From the human T2T-CHM13v2.0 reference genome, Homo sapiens, in the NCBI RefSeq assembly GCF_009914755.1, contig NC_060926.1: a stretch of DNA of 64,000 nucleotides; one strand, given 5' to 3'. Position numbers and translations under genes: made by a program. Shown here in pieces: positions 24,701 through 38,545 of this stretch. The notes below the pieces were generated by a model that was not told where the DNA came from, searched no databases, and saw only the letters and a list, made by a program, of their open reading frames with translations. Every line of letters begins with the position of its first letter. Position 1 is the stretch's first letter.

Positions 24701-26239
24701 GAATCATGAATTACAAATGTATAAATTACATGTTGTTATTTTGTAGAATTTTTAGTTTTCCTTTTCTGTGTTTTAGTAAATGTGTTCATATTATGTTATT
24801 TATGGTTGTATTTTATGGGAAAATATGTGCCTCATTCATTCACTTATCACTGTGCAGGGGTTCAAGGACAGGGAGTTTTGTTAGTATCGACAGTTGTGAT
24901 CTCATGATATACTTGGCTGATTGCCATCAAACCAGTCACTCAGGGGACTTAAGAATTCTGATCTCATACACAATGTACTTGGTCTCAGGGATAAAATTCA
25001 CACTGCACCCCAACTTAAAACTTTTTCCCGTGTTGCTTTCTCAATCCAGGTTCACACCTTCTATTTATTAGAAATGGTATGAGTTCCTGCCTTTTAGCTG
25101 ACACTTTTATCTGGGTCTCCCTCTGTAAGGCTAAATGCCCTTGTTAGAATGGCACAACAACAACAGCAACAAAAACAGAAGAGAAAACAAAAGGAAAGGA
25201 AAGGAGCTTGTATCCCCAGACTCATGCTGTGTGGTGGCTGGTTTGTTTCTTCTTTCTTCAGCACATCACTCCTGTGACATGCTGTGCCTCAGACTGCTTG
25301 ACTGACCTTGCCGTTTAGAGCTGTTAAACCTGAATAGAGCAGAGCTTTTCTTTTCCCTTCCAGTAGGTCTCAGGAGTGAGATCTGGTCACTGGCATTTAT
25401 TCTCTGACCCTTAACTGTGGTTCCCCTTGAAATGGAGTTAATCAAGGTGTTGTTCCACTTATTTATTGATGCTCATGAAGCATTCATTGTTGGTACATAT
25501 AATTTTGCCTATTCCTATACTTGAATAAATTCTTTCTTCTACCTAAACTATGGATGTATGTCTACATCTCTTTGCTATTTGTAGATTAGAAAATCCAGAA
25601 AGGCAGTCTAACAGAATTCTTTTTGTGCTGTACCTAGCAAAATGCTCTACACAATTAAGTCCTTACTGCATGCATTTAGCTACATGCATTTAATTAGATT
25701 GCATATGTACAGATAGGTCCCTTGGGCCTTCCAGAGCAGTAGAGGCTACTTTGCAAAATGATGCAGGCCAAAAAGGATTTAGGTCAGTCAAATTTTTATC
25801 TGGCTTTCCCAGTAGGATAGTTGAAACTGCCTTTCTACTTGCTATAAGAATGTCTTCCATGTGACTTTTTTTTTCTTCTCAAATTCCACTGTTAGCTAGT
25901 CAGAGATTGTGCACTTTATATGCTTCTTGTCAAACTCATTTGGTATTTGAAATCACAACGCCTTTATGATTTTCACCCAAGTGGCTTCAGAGTTCTGCCA
26001 CTTATGTCATTTATAAGAATTTGCCTGGAAATTGTTTCCTTTGCAGGAGACATAAGTCACAGGGTTTAAAATTGAAAAGGATCTCAAGGGCTGATTCTGT
26101 CACTCCTGCTAGCCCTCAGTCAAGGTTGTGCTTAATCTAAACCCAAGACTAATATGTTTCTCTAAAATAAAACTATGCCTCATCATTGGTTTGTTAAATA
26201 CTCTACATTGTCAATAGAGGGATCTCTGAATGAGCATGT

Positions 26240-26765
26240 AACTCCTGGGTGTTAAAAACCTTCAAAAGCTCTACAGGTTAAATTTCAAATTCTTTAGCAT
26301 ATCATTCAAGGTCCTTCTTAGAGATCTATTCCAAATGACCTTTTTTGGCCTTGCATCTCACTTTTTACCCCCTCTTAATCTACTTTCAGGATTCGCTGAA
26401 TTGATTCTCTGTTACCTGGACTTATCATAGAAGTCCATGATTGTTTCTTTGCTCACGTTGCTTTGCAGCCTTGAATTACCTAGATGCTCATTTCAAAGAT
26501 CAGCTCACACGAGCAAAACCTTGAAGGATTTCTCCAAATCCCCAAGGCAAAATTATTCTATTTTCTGTGTTCCCATAGAACCTTGTTCCTATTGCTGTTG
26601 CTAACTTTCAACCTGTTATCATAGTGGTGCCCTCACATGTCTCCCATTTTAGATGAGAAGCTTTTTCACAATGGAGACATCACATTTCTCATTGTTCCTC
26701 TGAGACCTACCAAAGTCCATAATACAACCATTCATTCTATAAATGTCTTGAAAAATTGTTAAATA
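26240..26765 (+). mobile_element. L2 3' region
   Basis: TTAAAAACCTTCAA, CAAATTCTTTAGCAT..CATTCAAGG, TAGATGAGAAGCT and a terminal ATAAATGT.TTGAA. Confidence 0.65.
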
Positions 26766-27889
26766 TTGATGCAGTAGGATAAAGGGCTATGAATTTAATG
26801 ATGCTCTATTGAATGAATCTTTGTGACATGCCTTGTATCTTTTTCTGGAATATAATGAGGATATAAAAATATTAACATAATCTCTTGCAATGATAATCTC
26901 TACAAGTTTATAAAAATCATGGGTCCAAGATTATGCTAAAAATAAAACCCATTTCTTCCATCCCATGTTTATAACACACTTCTAGTTGGACCGTTATTTG
27001 AAAGGCCCCAGATTTAAAGTTAGGTTTAAAGATGTTCTAAAATGTCTTCACTTAAAAAACAAAAAGACAAAATTAATATCTAAGCAATCTTTAATTTCTA
27101 GAAATTTATTTTTACAGTGTAGTATAAGCTCTCCTGGTACTGTTAAAGCTATTTCTTTACTTATAATTTTAAAAATAACTTTTCACATTACTAAAAACAA
27201 ACTACTAAACATTTTTTAATGAAATATAAATTTCTTTATTTGGGTCATTTTTAATGTATCCTAATTTTCCAACTGTTAATTCTTTCCATTTCTGTCCTCT
27301 GTCTTCATTTTAAATATGATTCGACATGTGAACCCTAATGTATGCTAGCCAAATACTCATTAAACCCATGACAAAAACATTCTTTAATTTTATCTGCAAA
27401 TTCTTAGATAATGTGTATCATTTAGGAATTGTGCTCAGTGTGTATCCAGAGTGGCCTAAAGAAATTGGTACTTTATTTTTCCCTCATAAGATATGAAGTC
27501 TTGATGTTGGTAGTCTGCTAAGATGACCTCTGTAATGTTACCAGAGATCTTGGATTCTTGCATTCATTCTAGGATTCTTGTACTCAAAATAGCTGTCAGG
27601 GTTCCAATCATTATAACTACATTTTGAACAGGCGAAGGTCAAAGAGCATAAATGTGCCAATAGCAGCTAAGAAAGGAGAGATTAGACACTGGCGAGGCAC
27701 CTTTCAGGTTCAACCACATTCGTCAAAAAATCATGTTTTCTTAACTTTTGGAAAATTGATTTTGTTTCTTACTTATGTTGCAACTTTGTACTATTTTCCA
27801 GCTCTTTTAATGTTTAAGTTCTGCCTAACTTATAGCTGTGTAATTAGTTCTTACCTATGCACTTTGTTGCTTTTGTTCACTTTCAGCTT

Positions 27890-28420
27890 TTAAGCTAGTA
27901 TTTTTTTGGATTATAACATGATATGTATTTTTTGTGGAATATTTGGAAAATTAGAAAAAATGTAAAAAAGAATATGAAAATTACTTACATTTTTACACCA
28001 TTTAGACGTAACAATGTTAACATTTCACTGTATAGTGAATTGTTATACTGAATTTATATACATATATAGGCACATATATTTACATATATGTAAATTATGT
28101 CATTATTTACAAAACAACTTTATTCTCCATATTATTTTAGAAATTATTGATATTGTTTTGAAGATTAGATTTTGGAATATAAATAAATATTATTTGGGAC
28201 ATTATTTTTATGACTACATGGCATTTCATCATATGGACAAGCCATAATTTACTTAGTTGATCCCTAATTGTTGCTTTTATGGATTTAAAATTGTAGCATT
28301 ATAAATGACACGGATGAAGTACTTTGAACGTGAAATTTTGCCTGTATATCTTATTATGTCTTAGAATAACTTGATGGAAGTGGAATGGGTCAAAAAGTAA
28401 GGATATGCAAAGGAAAAGGC
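27890..28420 (-). mobile_element. Ancient L1ME-like 3' fragment
   Basis: T-rich strand with CCATAATTTACTTA...CCCTA.TTGTTG and GAAGTGGAAT.GGGTCAAA. Confidence 0.5.
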
Positions 28421-30224
28421 AGCATTTCTTCAGAAACTAGGAAATAATGAAGCAAAAGGTATAAATTATGCCATGCTTTATTGTGTGTTTACTGGGAATG
28501 GAGTGCAGTGAATAAAGCAGAAGTGTTCCAGTTTTCATCCCAGAAGACAGAAGAGCCAATATTTTCTCCTGTTTCTTCAGGTAGCGAGGGGCCAGTGGTG
28601 AAGGAGCTGTCATTGAACACTCTTCACGTTGGCTGGTGACTGCTTGGAACAATCATTTTGCCACTTCTTTAAACATTCAATGAAAAAAAATGAAACAAAG
28701 GGAACAAAGAATTGACAGACAACCCACTTGAATCTCTCGAGACCCCACTTGAGAACCCACAGGTCTCTGGCCTCTCCTCAACTGGTTGAATAAAAAGGAG
28801 GAATGGATGATAGAGTATTCAGTTAGGAAATGCAACAACATGGCACCTAACCATGATGTAGAGACTGGATATGGAATTACGCAGTGATATAAATTGGCTG
28901 ATGAAGTACAGAGAGGTTATGTTTAAATATTGGTTGTGTACAAATCAGGGGATTCTGATTTGTCATGCCTGTGATCGAAAATATCATGAGATCATTATGA
29001 AGTAGTATTTACAATAAGAAAATATGCAAGGGAGTTAGTGGCCTTGAAGGTCAAATTAAAAGAGAGAGAGAGATGGGGGTGACAGGGAGGGAGGAAAAGA
29101 GGGAGGACATACTAGGGATGACTTTTGAAGTTATAGATTAATCAGTTTGCTTTGATATTTATGAAAATAATAAGACAAAATGATGATTGATTTCCATACA
29201 CTTCTAAGAGCAGAAAAAATGGGGTAACAGCCAACATGTCTGAGAGAAGTAAATAACTCAGAGTTAATGTAATTTTCTTCTCTAACACAATAACAGAACT
29301 TAAATATGAGAGGACAAAAAGTTCATATATCTTTACTTCGGTAAGGTTTAGTTTTTGTCTGACATGCTGTTCTGATCAACCAGCAAAGAATATGTAGTCT
29401 TGTGTAAAGGGAGGCATAGCTTGTTACTTGTCCCTGAATCAGTGACCTGGTAGAGCAAACAAAGTAAGACTAAAAGTGTTTATTGGGGACTTGTACTGAA
29501 TAATATTTGTAATAATCTCCATAATTTAATAATACAAAATGTGGAATCTACAGACTAGGAAAATTGCTAAATCTATGGGAATTTGCAGGAATCTAAAGTG
29601 AATATGGGAATTAAAAAAGAGGGACTGAAATAAGTTGGCTGTGTATGAGAACCATTGATTAAAATGGCATTAAAAATGGTAATATCTAGTGTTGCTGAGA
29701 CGTTTTGACACATTGTTGCTATAAATTGGTGATGAGACCTGGAATAGTTGTTTGTATTGTTCAGGGGGATTTGTAGTGTTTCCTGCCTTAATTACATCCC
29801 TTATCCTGTAATGACCATTTTTTTCTATGTTCTGAGTTTCAAGATTGTAACACATCTTCCTCTATTTGTAAGCATTTTTCTTTTTTTAGCTCAACAAAAT
29901 GAATAATTATTTTACTAAAGTTGCTTTGTTTCCATGCCTTTCCGTATAAACAATTTTTCATTTCAGTGTTACCTTTTTGTGTAATCTTTTAGAAGACATT
30001 TTGAAAGGTAATTAAACTCAACATGTAGAATACCTAGAGTGCATACAACTGAAATGAAGGCATGACCATATGCAGAACTAGGGTCAAGTTGGGGCATCAG
30101 CAGGCAACAAACACTTTGTCATGACTATAACTGGCTGCAGTAATTGTAAAATATAACCTGATTTGGAAGATGGTCAAATAGGAAAGTTGGGTACATCAGT
30201 TTCATAAAATATGGTTTAACAAGT

Positions 30225-30500
30225 TTTAACAGTCTCATGCTACTTGACCCAGAAATCCCAGTTCTGGGCATTTTATCCTAAGGAAACAATCATGCTGTGG
30301 CAGAAGATATATGCACAAGGACCTTCACAGTAACTTCTTTTTGCCACAAATATTTGATGATAATTTATATTCAGAAAATAAGTAAATGATGGCATGCCAT
30401 AGCAACAGGATATTAATCAGTGATCTTGCAGTGTAATGATAAAAAAAGATATTGTCACACAAGAAATTCACAATTAAGTAAAAAGAGAATATAATCATAA
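30225..30500 (+). mobile_element. Ancient L1ME-like ORF2-end fragment
   Basis: TTGACCCAGAAATCCCAGTTCTGGGCATTTTATCCTAAGGAAA...ATGCACAAGGA. Confidence 0.6.
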
Positions 30501-30534
30501 AATAGTTTGTATGATATAATTATTTAAATAATAG

Positions 30535-30908
<374 letters not shown>

Positions 30909-31414
30909 GGATGATTTTATATTTTTATGTTTTTTCCTAAATTAAAAAAAACTTGCCACTTTCGATTTAGAAAACTAATTGTATAAGGAAAAACCACTTA
31001 TATTGCTAATCTTTAAAGACTGATAACCTTTTGTCTTTTTTCTTTAAGTCCTGACTACTTTCACTTATTTTTTGATTACCATTTTATTATTTAACTTTAC
31101 ATTGCTTAATTTTCTGACTATAATATAATGTTGTTTGTGTGATTTATTTTAAAACTCTAAAGTTGATTTTACATTTGTTCTCATTCTCCTGTATTTTATA
31201 TATTTAATAGGTATATATCAATATGTAAATTATGAATAAATATATCTTTCATTTAATCTGAATATATAAATATTAAATATATATGAAGATGTAAATTGTA
31301 TATACATAAACACTAAATGATATATAGTATGTAAGCTATCACTCTGGATTTCTCACTATACTAATTATTCAAAAACATTTATGATTTTGAATTATTTTTT
31401 AACCTTTACTTTTT

Positions 31415-31620
31415 TTCTGATTTATTTATTTTTAACTTTTAGCTTCAAGGGTATGTGTGCAGATTTGTTATATAGGCTAATTGTGTGTTACAGGGGTTTG
31501 GTGTACAGATTATATTGTCACCCAGGTAATAAGCATAGTACCCGATAGGTAGTTTTTTGATCCTCACCTTCTTCCTACCTTTCAGCTTCAAGTAGGACCC
31601 AGTGTCTGTTGTTCTCTTCT
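31415..31620 (-). mobile_element. L1PA15/16-like 3'UTR fragment
   Basis: GGGGTTTGGTGTACAGATTAT..TGTCACCCAGGTAATAAGCATAGTACCCGATAGG. Confidence 0.85.
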
Positions 31621-31709
31621 TAAAAATACTTTCTCGATATATGTTTGAATATTATTCTGTAATTCCTAAATATAAATGTCTAGATTAAAATAAAACCTTT
31701 TATTTTTAT

Positions 31710-32760
31710 TTTTACCTTGTTGCATAATTTTAAATTTTGACATACTTTCAAATGTACAGAAAATTTATAAGAATTGTGTTTAAGAATACCTTTTGTTCAG
31801 ATTCAACAGTTGTTTACAATTTTGCCTCTTTTGCTTCATTTCTGTCTGTGCTTTCTGTCTATATGCTCATGTGTGCATGCACACGTGTAGACACACCACA
31901 TTTTTTTTCCTGAATCATTTGAGAATCAGTTGCAGACATCATGCTTCCTTAACTGAAGTGTTTAAGTGTACATTTCCTAAGAAAAAGAATATTGCCCTCT
32001 ATAACCGGTGTGTAATTTTTAATGCAATATTCACAATATATTACTTGTATTGTGTAACTCCCAGTATATTTCTAGGATCCCAGGTGTATTTTGTTGTCTT
32101 ATCATTAAAAGTCCTTTTATCTGGAACATTTCCTCAGTCTAATTACTTGGTCATTATAAGAGTTCAGATCAGATATGGAGCGCAATATTCTCAATTTGGC
32201 TTTACTGAATGTTTCCTAATGGTTAATTCTGTTTTGCATTTTTGACAGGCATACCACAAAAGTGATGTTGTGTTCTTCTCAAGTGCATCATACTTGGAGG
32301 CATGTCGTATTTGTCTGATTATTGATGATGTTGTCTTTGATCAATTTGTTAAGGTGGTCTCTGCCAAGTTTCTCCACTACTAGTTACTATTTTCCCCATT
32401 GTAATTAATAAGTAATTTGTGGGAAGATACTTTTAGACTGGAAATACCATGTTTGTCATCACACTTTCATGCGCTGGTGCTGATCCACTAATGTTTTCTT
32501 TACTGATTCAGGTACCTAAAATATTATGGTGGTTTTCTAACTCCATCAGTCCATCTATACTTTTTAGTTGACATTATACTCGAAGAAGGAGTTTTCCCTT
32601 CTTAATTTCATACTTTATTATATTTTCCTTAATACAGTTTAATCCATTACAATAATTATTTATTTCCCAGTTGTCCCAGATTAAACCAGTAAAAGCCTCT
32701 TGAAGCTAGGACCTGTGTCCTTTTGACATATTCCCATCATTTTATAAATGCCTTACTTGC
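31710..32760 (-). mobile_element. L1MC-like 3' region
   Basis: CTGAATCATTTGAGAA..AGTTGCAGACATCATG, GTGCATCATA and TGTAATTAATAAGTAATTTGTGGGAAGATACTTT. Confidence 0.75.
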
Positions 32761-34646
32761 TTTTCTTCCAGAAAAAAATGCCACTCAAATGTCATGTATT
32801 TTTAAGTCTTCTCTCTGTGTCCATGTTCTAATATGCCAGAATAGTTTTTCAGAATTTTCATAGGTTGAGTGGATTTTTTGTGAGTGATTTTCATGTCACT
32901 GTTAGGAATTCTGGTATCCTTTACCTTTTTCACAGTTTTTCTGGACCCCATATATCTCTGTATATAGTGGGAGCTTGAAAGATAGCTCTGTTAGAAATTG
33001 GTGTCTAATTTTCTGTTTACATACAATCTGACATGTTTATTATTCTCCAGCTTCCAGTTGTGCCGAAGGACTTGGATTTGTGTGTTTTAATTTGTTTTTT
33101 TAGGTGTATATATTTTTTAGGATATGTGAACAGTTTCAGATTTAGGTGGCTCCTACTACCTGAGTTCCTCAGAATGCCAGTCCATATTTTTATGCATTCT
33201 GCAAAATATATTGATATTTGAAGACAATTGCAATATGCCATTGTTTAACCAAAATTTATGGATTGTATAGCTTTACCTTTAGCTGTTAGTGTTATCTTAA
33301 TCCAGTTTATCCAATTAAATTGAAGTGTTTAATGTATCATAATTATTTTATTACATAGTATGCCTATCAATCCAGGAAATAGCTCTCTGAAAGGCATGTC
33401 CATGGTAAATGTAAAATTATTATATGAGGTCTCATTCTTTCACTTGATGATGTACTAATCAATTGTTTGTAATATTTTTCCCTTAGCTATGAAAATTATC
33501 AAATATATATTTAAAAAATAAAAAATATTCAAACCCACAAAATTTTAAAACATATATAGATTGAAATAAGATAACCAATCAATAGCATGTGATTATAGGA
33601 ATCTAGTGAAATGTAGTATTGTAAGTGGTTATTTCAATTGACAAAATACAGTTTTTGAGAATAATAAAGGTAAATTCTTCCTCCAGTTGCACAGCAAAAA
33701 AAAAAAAAAAAAATGATGGCAATTCTTAATAAAGGAGGGCTTGGATCTGGTGGAAAACACTCCAGTATTTAAAATTGTCAGAGTAAAAGATGGTTTGTAA
33801 AAGTAGGAAGTAGATGAGGGGCAACCATTTTTCTGTTCCATACCTGAGTCTAGCCTTATAAAAATCTTCACTTTTTCAAAAAACCTACATATAAGGATTT
33901 TTTATGAGAAATCTTCTGCTTTTGAATATTATGTAATATTTTAAAAACCATGGTGTGGGACAAACGAAATGTATCAGTAAGCCAGATGTGGTTTTCATGC
34001 CCCCAGTTTTCAATCTCTGCTCTGGATGCAACCTAGAAACTAGCAGATATTGCGGTAAGATGAAACCCAGGTCAGAAAAGCTGGTTTTGAGCCCAGGCTT
34101 GCCTCCTATTGGCTGTGTCAGATTGAGCAAGTGATGTAATTAGTGTTCACCTCAGTCTTCTTGTCTATGAGGATGAATATGCTAAAGTATGAAGAAATAT
34201 AGAGATTTACTAATTGTTATAACTTTATAATTGTATTGAATTATATGTGAAGAAGAATATATATCTTTTATTATGTTTTAAGTTTTAAACTTAGAAAATA
34301 CAAAGTTTCTTGGGCATTTCTTGATTTTTTTCCATTTAACTATAAACTTGCTAACTATATTTAGTTTTCTCTGTTTGAGAGGTTCTGTGTGAAACATTAG
34401 CAAAATCATTTATTCATGGGCCAGGTAGAGACCTGTGCAATCCCAATGTCTTTAACATACTAGAGGAAGATAAATTAGATTTTATATTCAAAATGCTTGG
34501 TCTGAATATTGAACTGTTGATTTGGTTACAGTTGGTTTTGGTGAACACAAAAGCACAACCTCTGTATTATTTAACTGCTATTTCTGCTTAGTACCATCAA
34601 GACCCAGATCTCTCAGCAGAAATTCTGTTTGTTGCTGAGAACTTAA

Positions 34647-35021
<375 letters not shown>

Positions 35022-35714
35022 TGAACAGTTCTTTTATAACACCGTATATACTCCGTAGTGTAAAACCCATTTAATTTGAAATATTTTGAGATTCAAAATC
35101 AATATGCTCTTTCAAAACCCTACTCTAAAACAAATTAATTAATAATGCTTGATTAAATCACTTTCTCCTCATAATCACATTGATATTCTGAAACACAGAG
35201 AATGGAACTGTTTGTGTATTTTTGTGGGGTATGCAGGTCGTGTGCCTGCATTTTTCTCAGTGCATGGATTTCAATTAGAATTTAAATGCAGTTACAAAGT
35301 GAATTGGTGCAACTCTCTGGATAAATCAAGCAAAATTCTTTTCTAACTCAGTGATCCTCATATGTCAGATAATAGTACCTTTTAAAAACTTGAAATATTT
35401 GAATAATCACCTCAACTCTCCACGTATATTTACTTATGAACATCTCATATTTTTGAATTACTTTTATGCCATTCTGCCAATATTCTGGGGGGCACTGTGT
35501 TTCTTGCATATAATATGAAGCTAGTATGCAGAATTCTCTTACCTCTTTCTTCAAAGTGTTCTCCTTGACTGATGTTTTGGAATATTTGCATATAGTTGGG
35601 AATACTTCTGTTCATCAGCCCATTATACTTTGGTAGATATATAGTCTACATTTTGTAAAACCTATTTAAGCACGTTAAAGTATATAGTGTTTAAGTGTGT
35701 GTTGGTCTGTATTA

Positions 35715-35860
35715 GTTTTTCTGTGATCTTGACAAATTGTTTACTCTTTTGGATTTTTTCTTCCTCCACAGATGCATTTTTGTAGAAGCATTTTGAGGAT
35801 GAATGTTTGCAAATCATTTTGAAATTGCCAAGTGCCACATACAGTAAGTAATATTTTTAT
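35715..35860 (+). mobile_element. Diverged MIR containing a candidate cassette exon (35772-35843)
   Basis: CTGTGATCTTGACAAATTGTTTA..GAGGAT.AATG..CA.ACAGTAAGT follows the MIR core/3' pattern. Flanking sites are TTCCTCCACAG| and |GTAAGT. Confidence 0.5.
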
Positions 35861-35934
35861 TTTTCTACTCAATTGCAGTCATGTTCGATTAATTTGGCAG
35901 ACAGTCATGAAAGAACCCATTTCTATTTACAGTC

Positions 35935-36460
35935 TTTGATATTGTCAACATTGTTAAAGATAAGAAGGTTGTATGTGTGCAGCATTATTTCTGGGGTCTT
36001 TATTCTGTTCCATTGTTCTGTGTGTCTCTTTTTGTATCAGTGCCTTGCAGTTTTGGTTACTACAGCCCTGTGGTATAGTTTGAAGTCGGGTAATGTGATA
36101 CCTCTAGTTTTTTCTTTATGCTTAAGATTGCCTTGGCTATTTTGGCTCTTTTTGGTTTATGAATTATAAAATAGTTTTTCCTAATTATATGAACAATATC
36201 GTTTGCAGTTTGATAGGAATAGTATTGAATCTGTAAATTGCTTTGGACATCATGACCATTTTATCAATCTTGATTCTTCCTGTCCATGAGCATGGGATGT
36301 TTTTCTATTTGTGTCATGTCTAATTTCTTTGACCAGTGTTTTGTAGAGAACTTTCTCCTCCTTGGTTAGCTGTATTCCTAGGTATTTTATTCTTTTGGGG
36401 GTTACTGTGAGTGGGATTGTGTTCTCGTTTTGCTGTCAGGCTAGAAATTGTTGTTGTAGA
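35935..36460 (-). mobile_element. L1 ORF2 internal fragment (old primate/mammalian L1)
   Basis: TATTCTGTTCCATTG, GTATAGTTTGAAGTC.GGTAATGTGAT.CCTC and TTGATAGGAATAG.ATTGAATCTGTA. Confidence 0.88.
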
Positions 36461-37544
36461 GAAATATACCTCTGCCCTGATGAAGTGTTCTGGCCAACAC
36501 TACCCATCAGAGTAAATGAGTATTTTGTGACTGAATTTCAAATTTAAAAAAATAAGAATTGCCTTATATTCAGTGTCAATAGAACCAATCAGCAACCCAA
36601 AATGAGTTGCCTTGAACAAAATGCTATTTGATTAGAGAAAACTTAAAAATATATAACAGCTCCTCCCCTAATGGCAGATATAATACCTTACTCTTCTATT
36701 ATACTTTTCAGCATTTGCAGTGGCTGACCACAGCCTTTTCTTGCACTCCTTTTTAGTTGCTTTTTGCAGTGAAGAAGAGATTGCAATGAAGGGTTGAGCT
36801 TGACTTACCATTCTCTTCCCTCTTTATTATCTTCAGATGTGTAGTGTTCATAGTACTATCCTTTACATCACACTGGCCACATTGATGCTTTCCCTTTTGG
36901 ACTCTGGTGATCTTCAAATTCTTTCACGTTAGCCATCCATTGGTCCTAACCCCTGTACACTTTATTTCTTGAAACAAATCATCAGCAACATTTTATCTGG
37001 GGACATTTTCAGAATTACTAGTATTTAAAAGATTATTGCTCTAAAATTGAATGGATTAAATCGTTCATGCTCCCACACTACTTTTGGTTTTGAGACTGAA
37101 GGATTTACAGAGGGATGAGAATAAGAGATGAAGTCTCCATTTCTAGATTTGACCTCTGGAAGACAAAGCTAGTGATTTTGTTTAGTAATTTTATTTCCTT
37201 TGGTTCAATTAATAGTCCATGCTCCTAAATGTGAGAGGTACTGTGTTAGTAAGGACTAGAGTAAGTGGGAGAGAAAGACAAAAAGAACTCTCAAGGAAAC
37301 TTTGTCATTAGTTTGAGGAAACTATTTTTCCTCAAACTAGGAAAAAGGTATTTTTAAATGTTATTCTGGTGATATCTTCAAACTGGATTGCAGTTGGAAG
37401 ACTTGTTGCAAAAAGATCAATTTTTAAGCATTTGTAGAGGGATAAGAATGAAGGGATGAGGGCAAGACCTAAGGTCATAGCAGTGGGGATGGACTGGCAG
37501 GGGTTGGAGCATGTGAGATTTATTTGGAAGTAAACAGGTTCAGG

Positions 37545-37765
37545 GAGTAATAGTAATAATTAATGCTTGTGCAGGATTCACTGAGTACCAGGGTTGTTTT
37601 AAATGTTAATGACTAATGTCATCCCCATTTTGTGCAAGAGGAAACTGAGAGAGGCATCATTTAAGCCAATTGTCCCAGGTCACAAAAGTAAAACATACCA
37701 TGCCTGACATTTGGGGCCATTTAGTCAAGCTCCAGAGTCATTGCAGTTTACCAGTGTACCATCAT
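37545..37765 (-). mobile_element. MIR
   Basis: ATCCCCATTTTG..CA.GAGGAAACTGAG...TTGTCCCAGGTCACA. Confidence 0.7.
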
Positions 37766-38212
37766 TTATCTAAAAAAATAACTGAAGCTTCCAGGATTAC
37801 TGAGCTGGAAAATGATGTTGCCAATAATCAGAGAAACATATTTTGTTTACAGAGTTTACCCTTTCTTTAGATAGGTTTTTGGATAGCCAGAAAAATCTTG
37901 ACCTTTAGGGAGAAATGTACCTTATGGTTAGTGATAAATCTCTTGTATATATTCACTTGTTGGGCAATAGCAACAGTAATTTATTATATTATTCAATTAT
38001 AAGTTACGATAGTAAACATGTCATCTTAATCTGATTTGTCTTCCTTCCTTAGCAGAACTTAAAAATGAAACAAGGATAGAGTGGTAAAAAAAAAGATTTT
38101 GTATCTTGGGTCCGTAAAAGAACGCATTTTAAAGTTAGTTTACCGATCATGCAAAACTAATTTTGACGAGGGAAAAACGTAACACTCAGCATATGGAGTA
38201 TCTCTTTTTCTA

Positions 38213-38286
38213 TTAGGTTAATGTAAAAGTAATTGCATTTTTGCCATTACTTTGCAAAAACTGCAATTACTTTTGCATCAACCTAA
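38213..38286. mobile_element. MADE1 (Hsmar1-derived MITE), palindromic, TA TSD
   Basis: TA-TTAGGTTAATGTAAAAGTAATTGC...GCAATTACTTTTGCATCAACCTAA-TA. Confidence 0.95.
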
Positions 38287-38309
38287 TATACTGGAGAAGT
38301 AGAATAATA

Positions 38310-38545
38310 TACTGCTTAAGACCATGGTCTCCAGGACCATTCTGCTTCATTGATTCATGTTCCAAGTAAGGCCCATTTGCTGTGTGACTTTGTGTCAATT
38401 ATTGATGCTCTCTGTGCGTCAGCCTCTGTACCTTCAAAATGTGTTATTAATAGTACTGTGTCTTCTGGATATTGTAAAGCTTAAATGAGATAAATCACCT
38501 AAATGGCTCTTGGTAGCAGCGAATTTTAAATAAAAGTTATGTTTA
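38310..38545 (+). mobile_element. MIR
   Basis: GCTGTGTGACTTTG, CTCTCTGTGCGTCAG and TTAAATGAGATAA. Confidence 0.7.

Noticed and set aside
28561-28765. Acceptor-like TTTTCTCCTGTTTCTTCAG at 28580
   Set aside because: No convincing downstream donor and no informative ORF.
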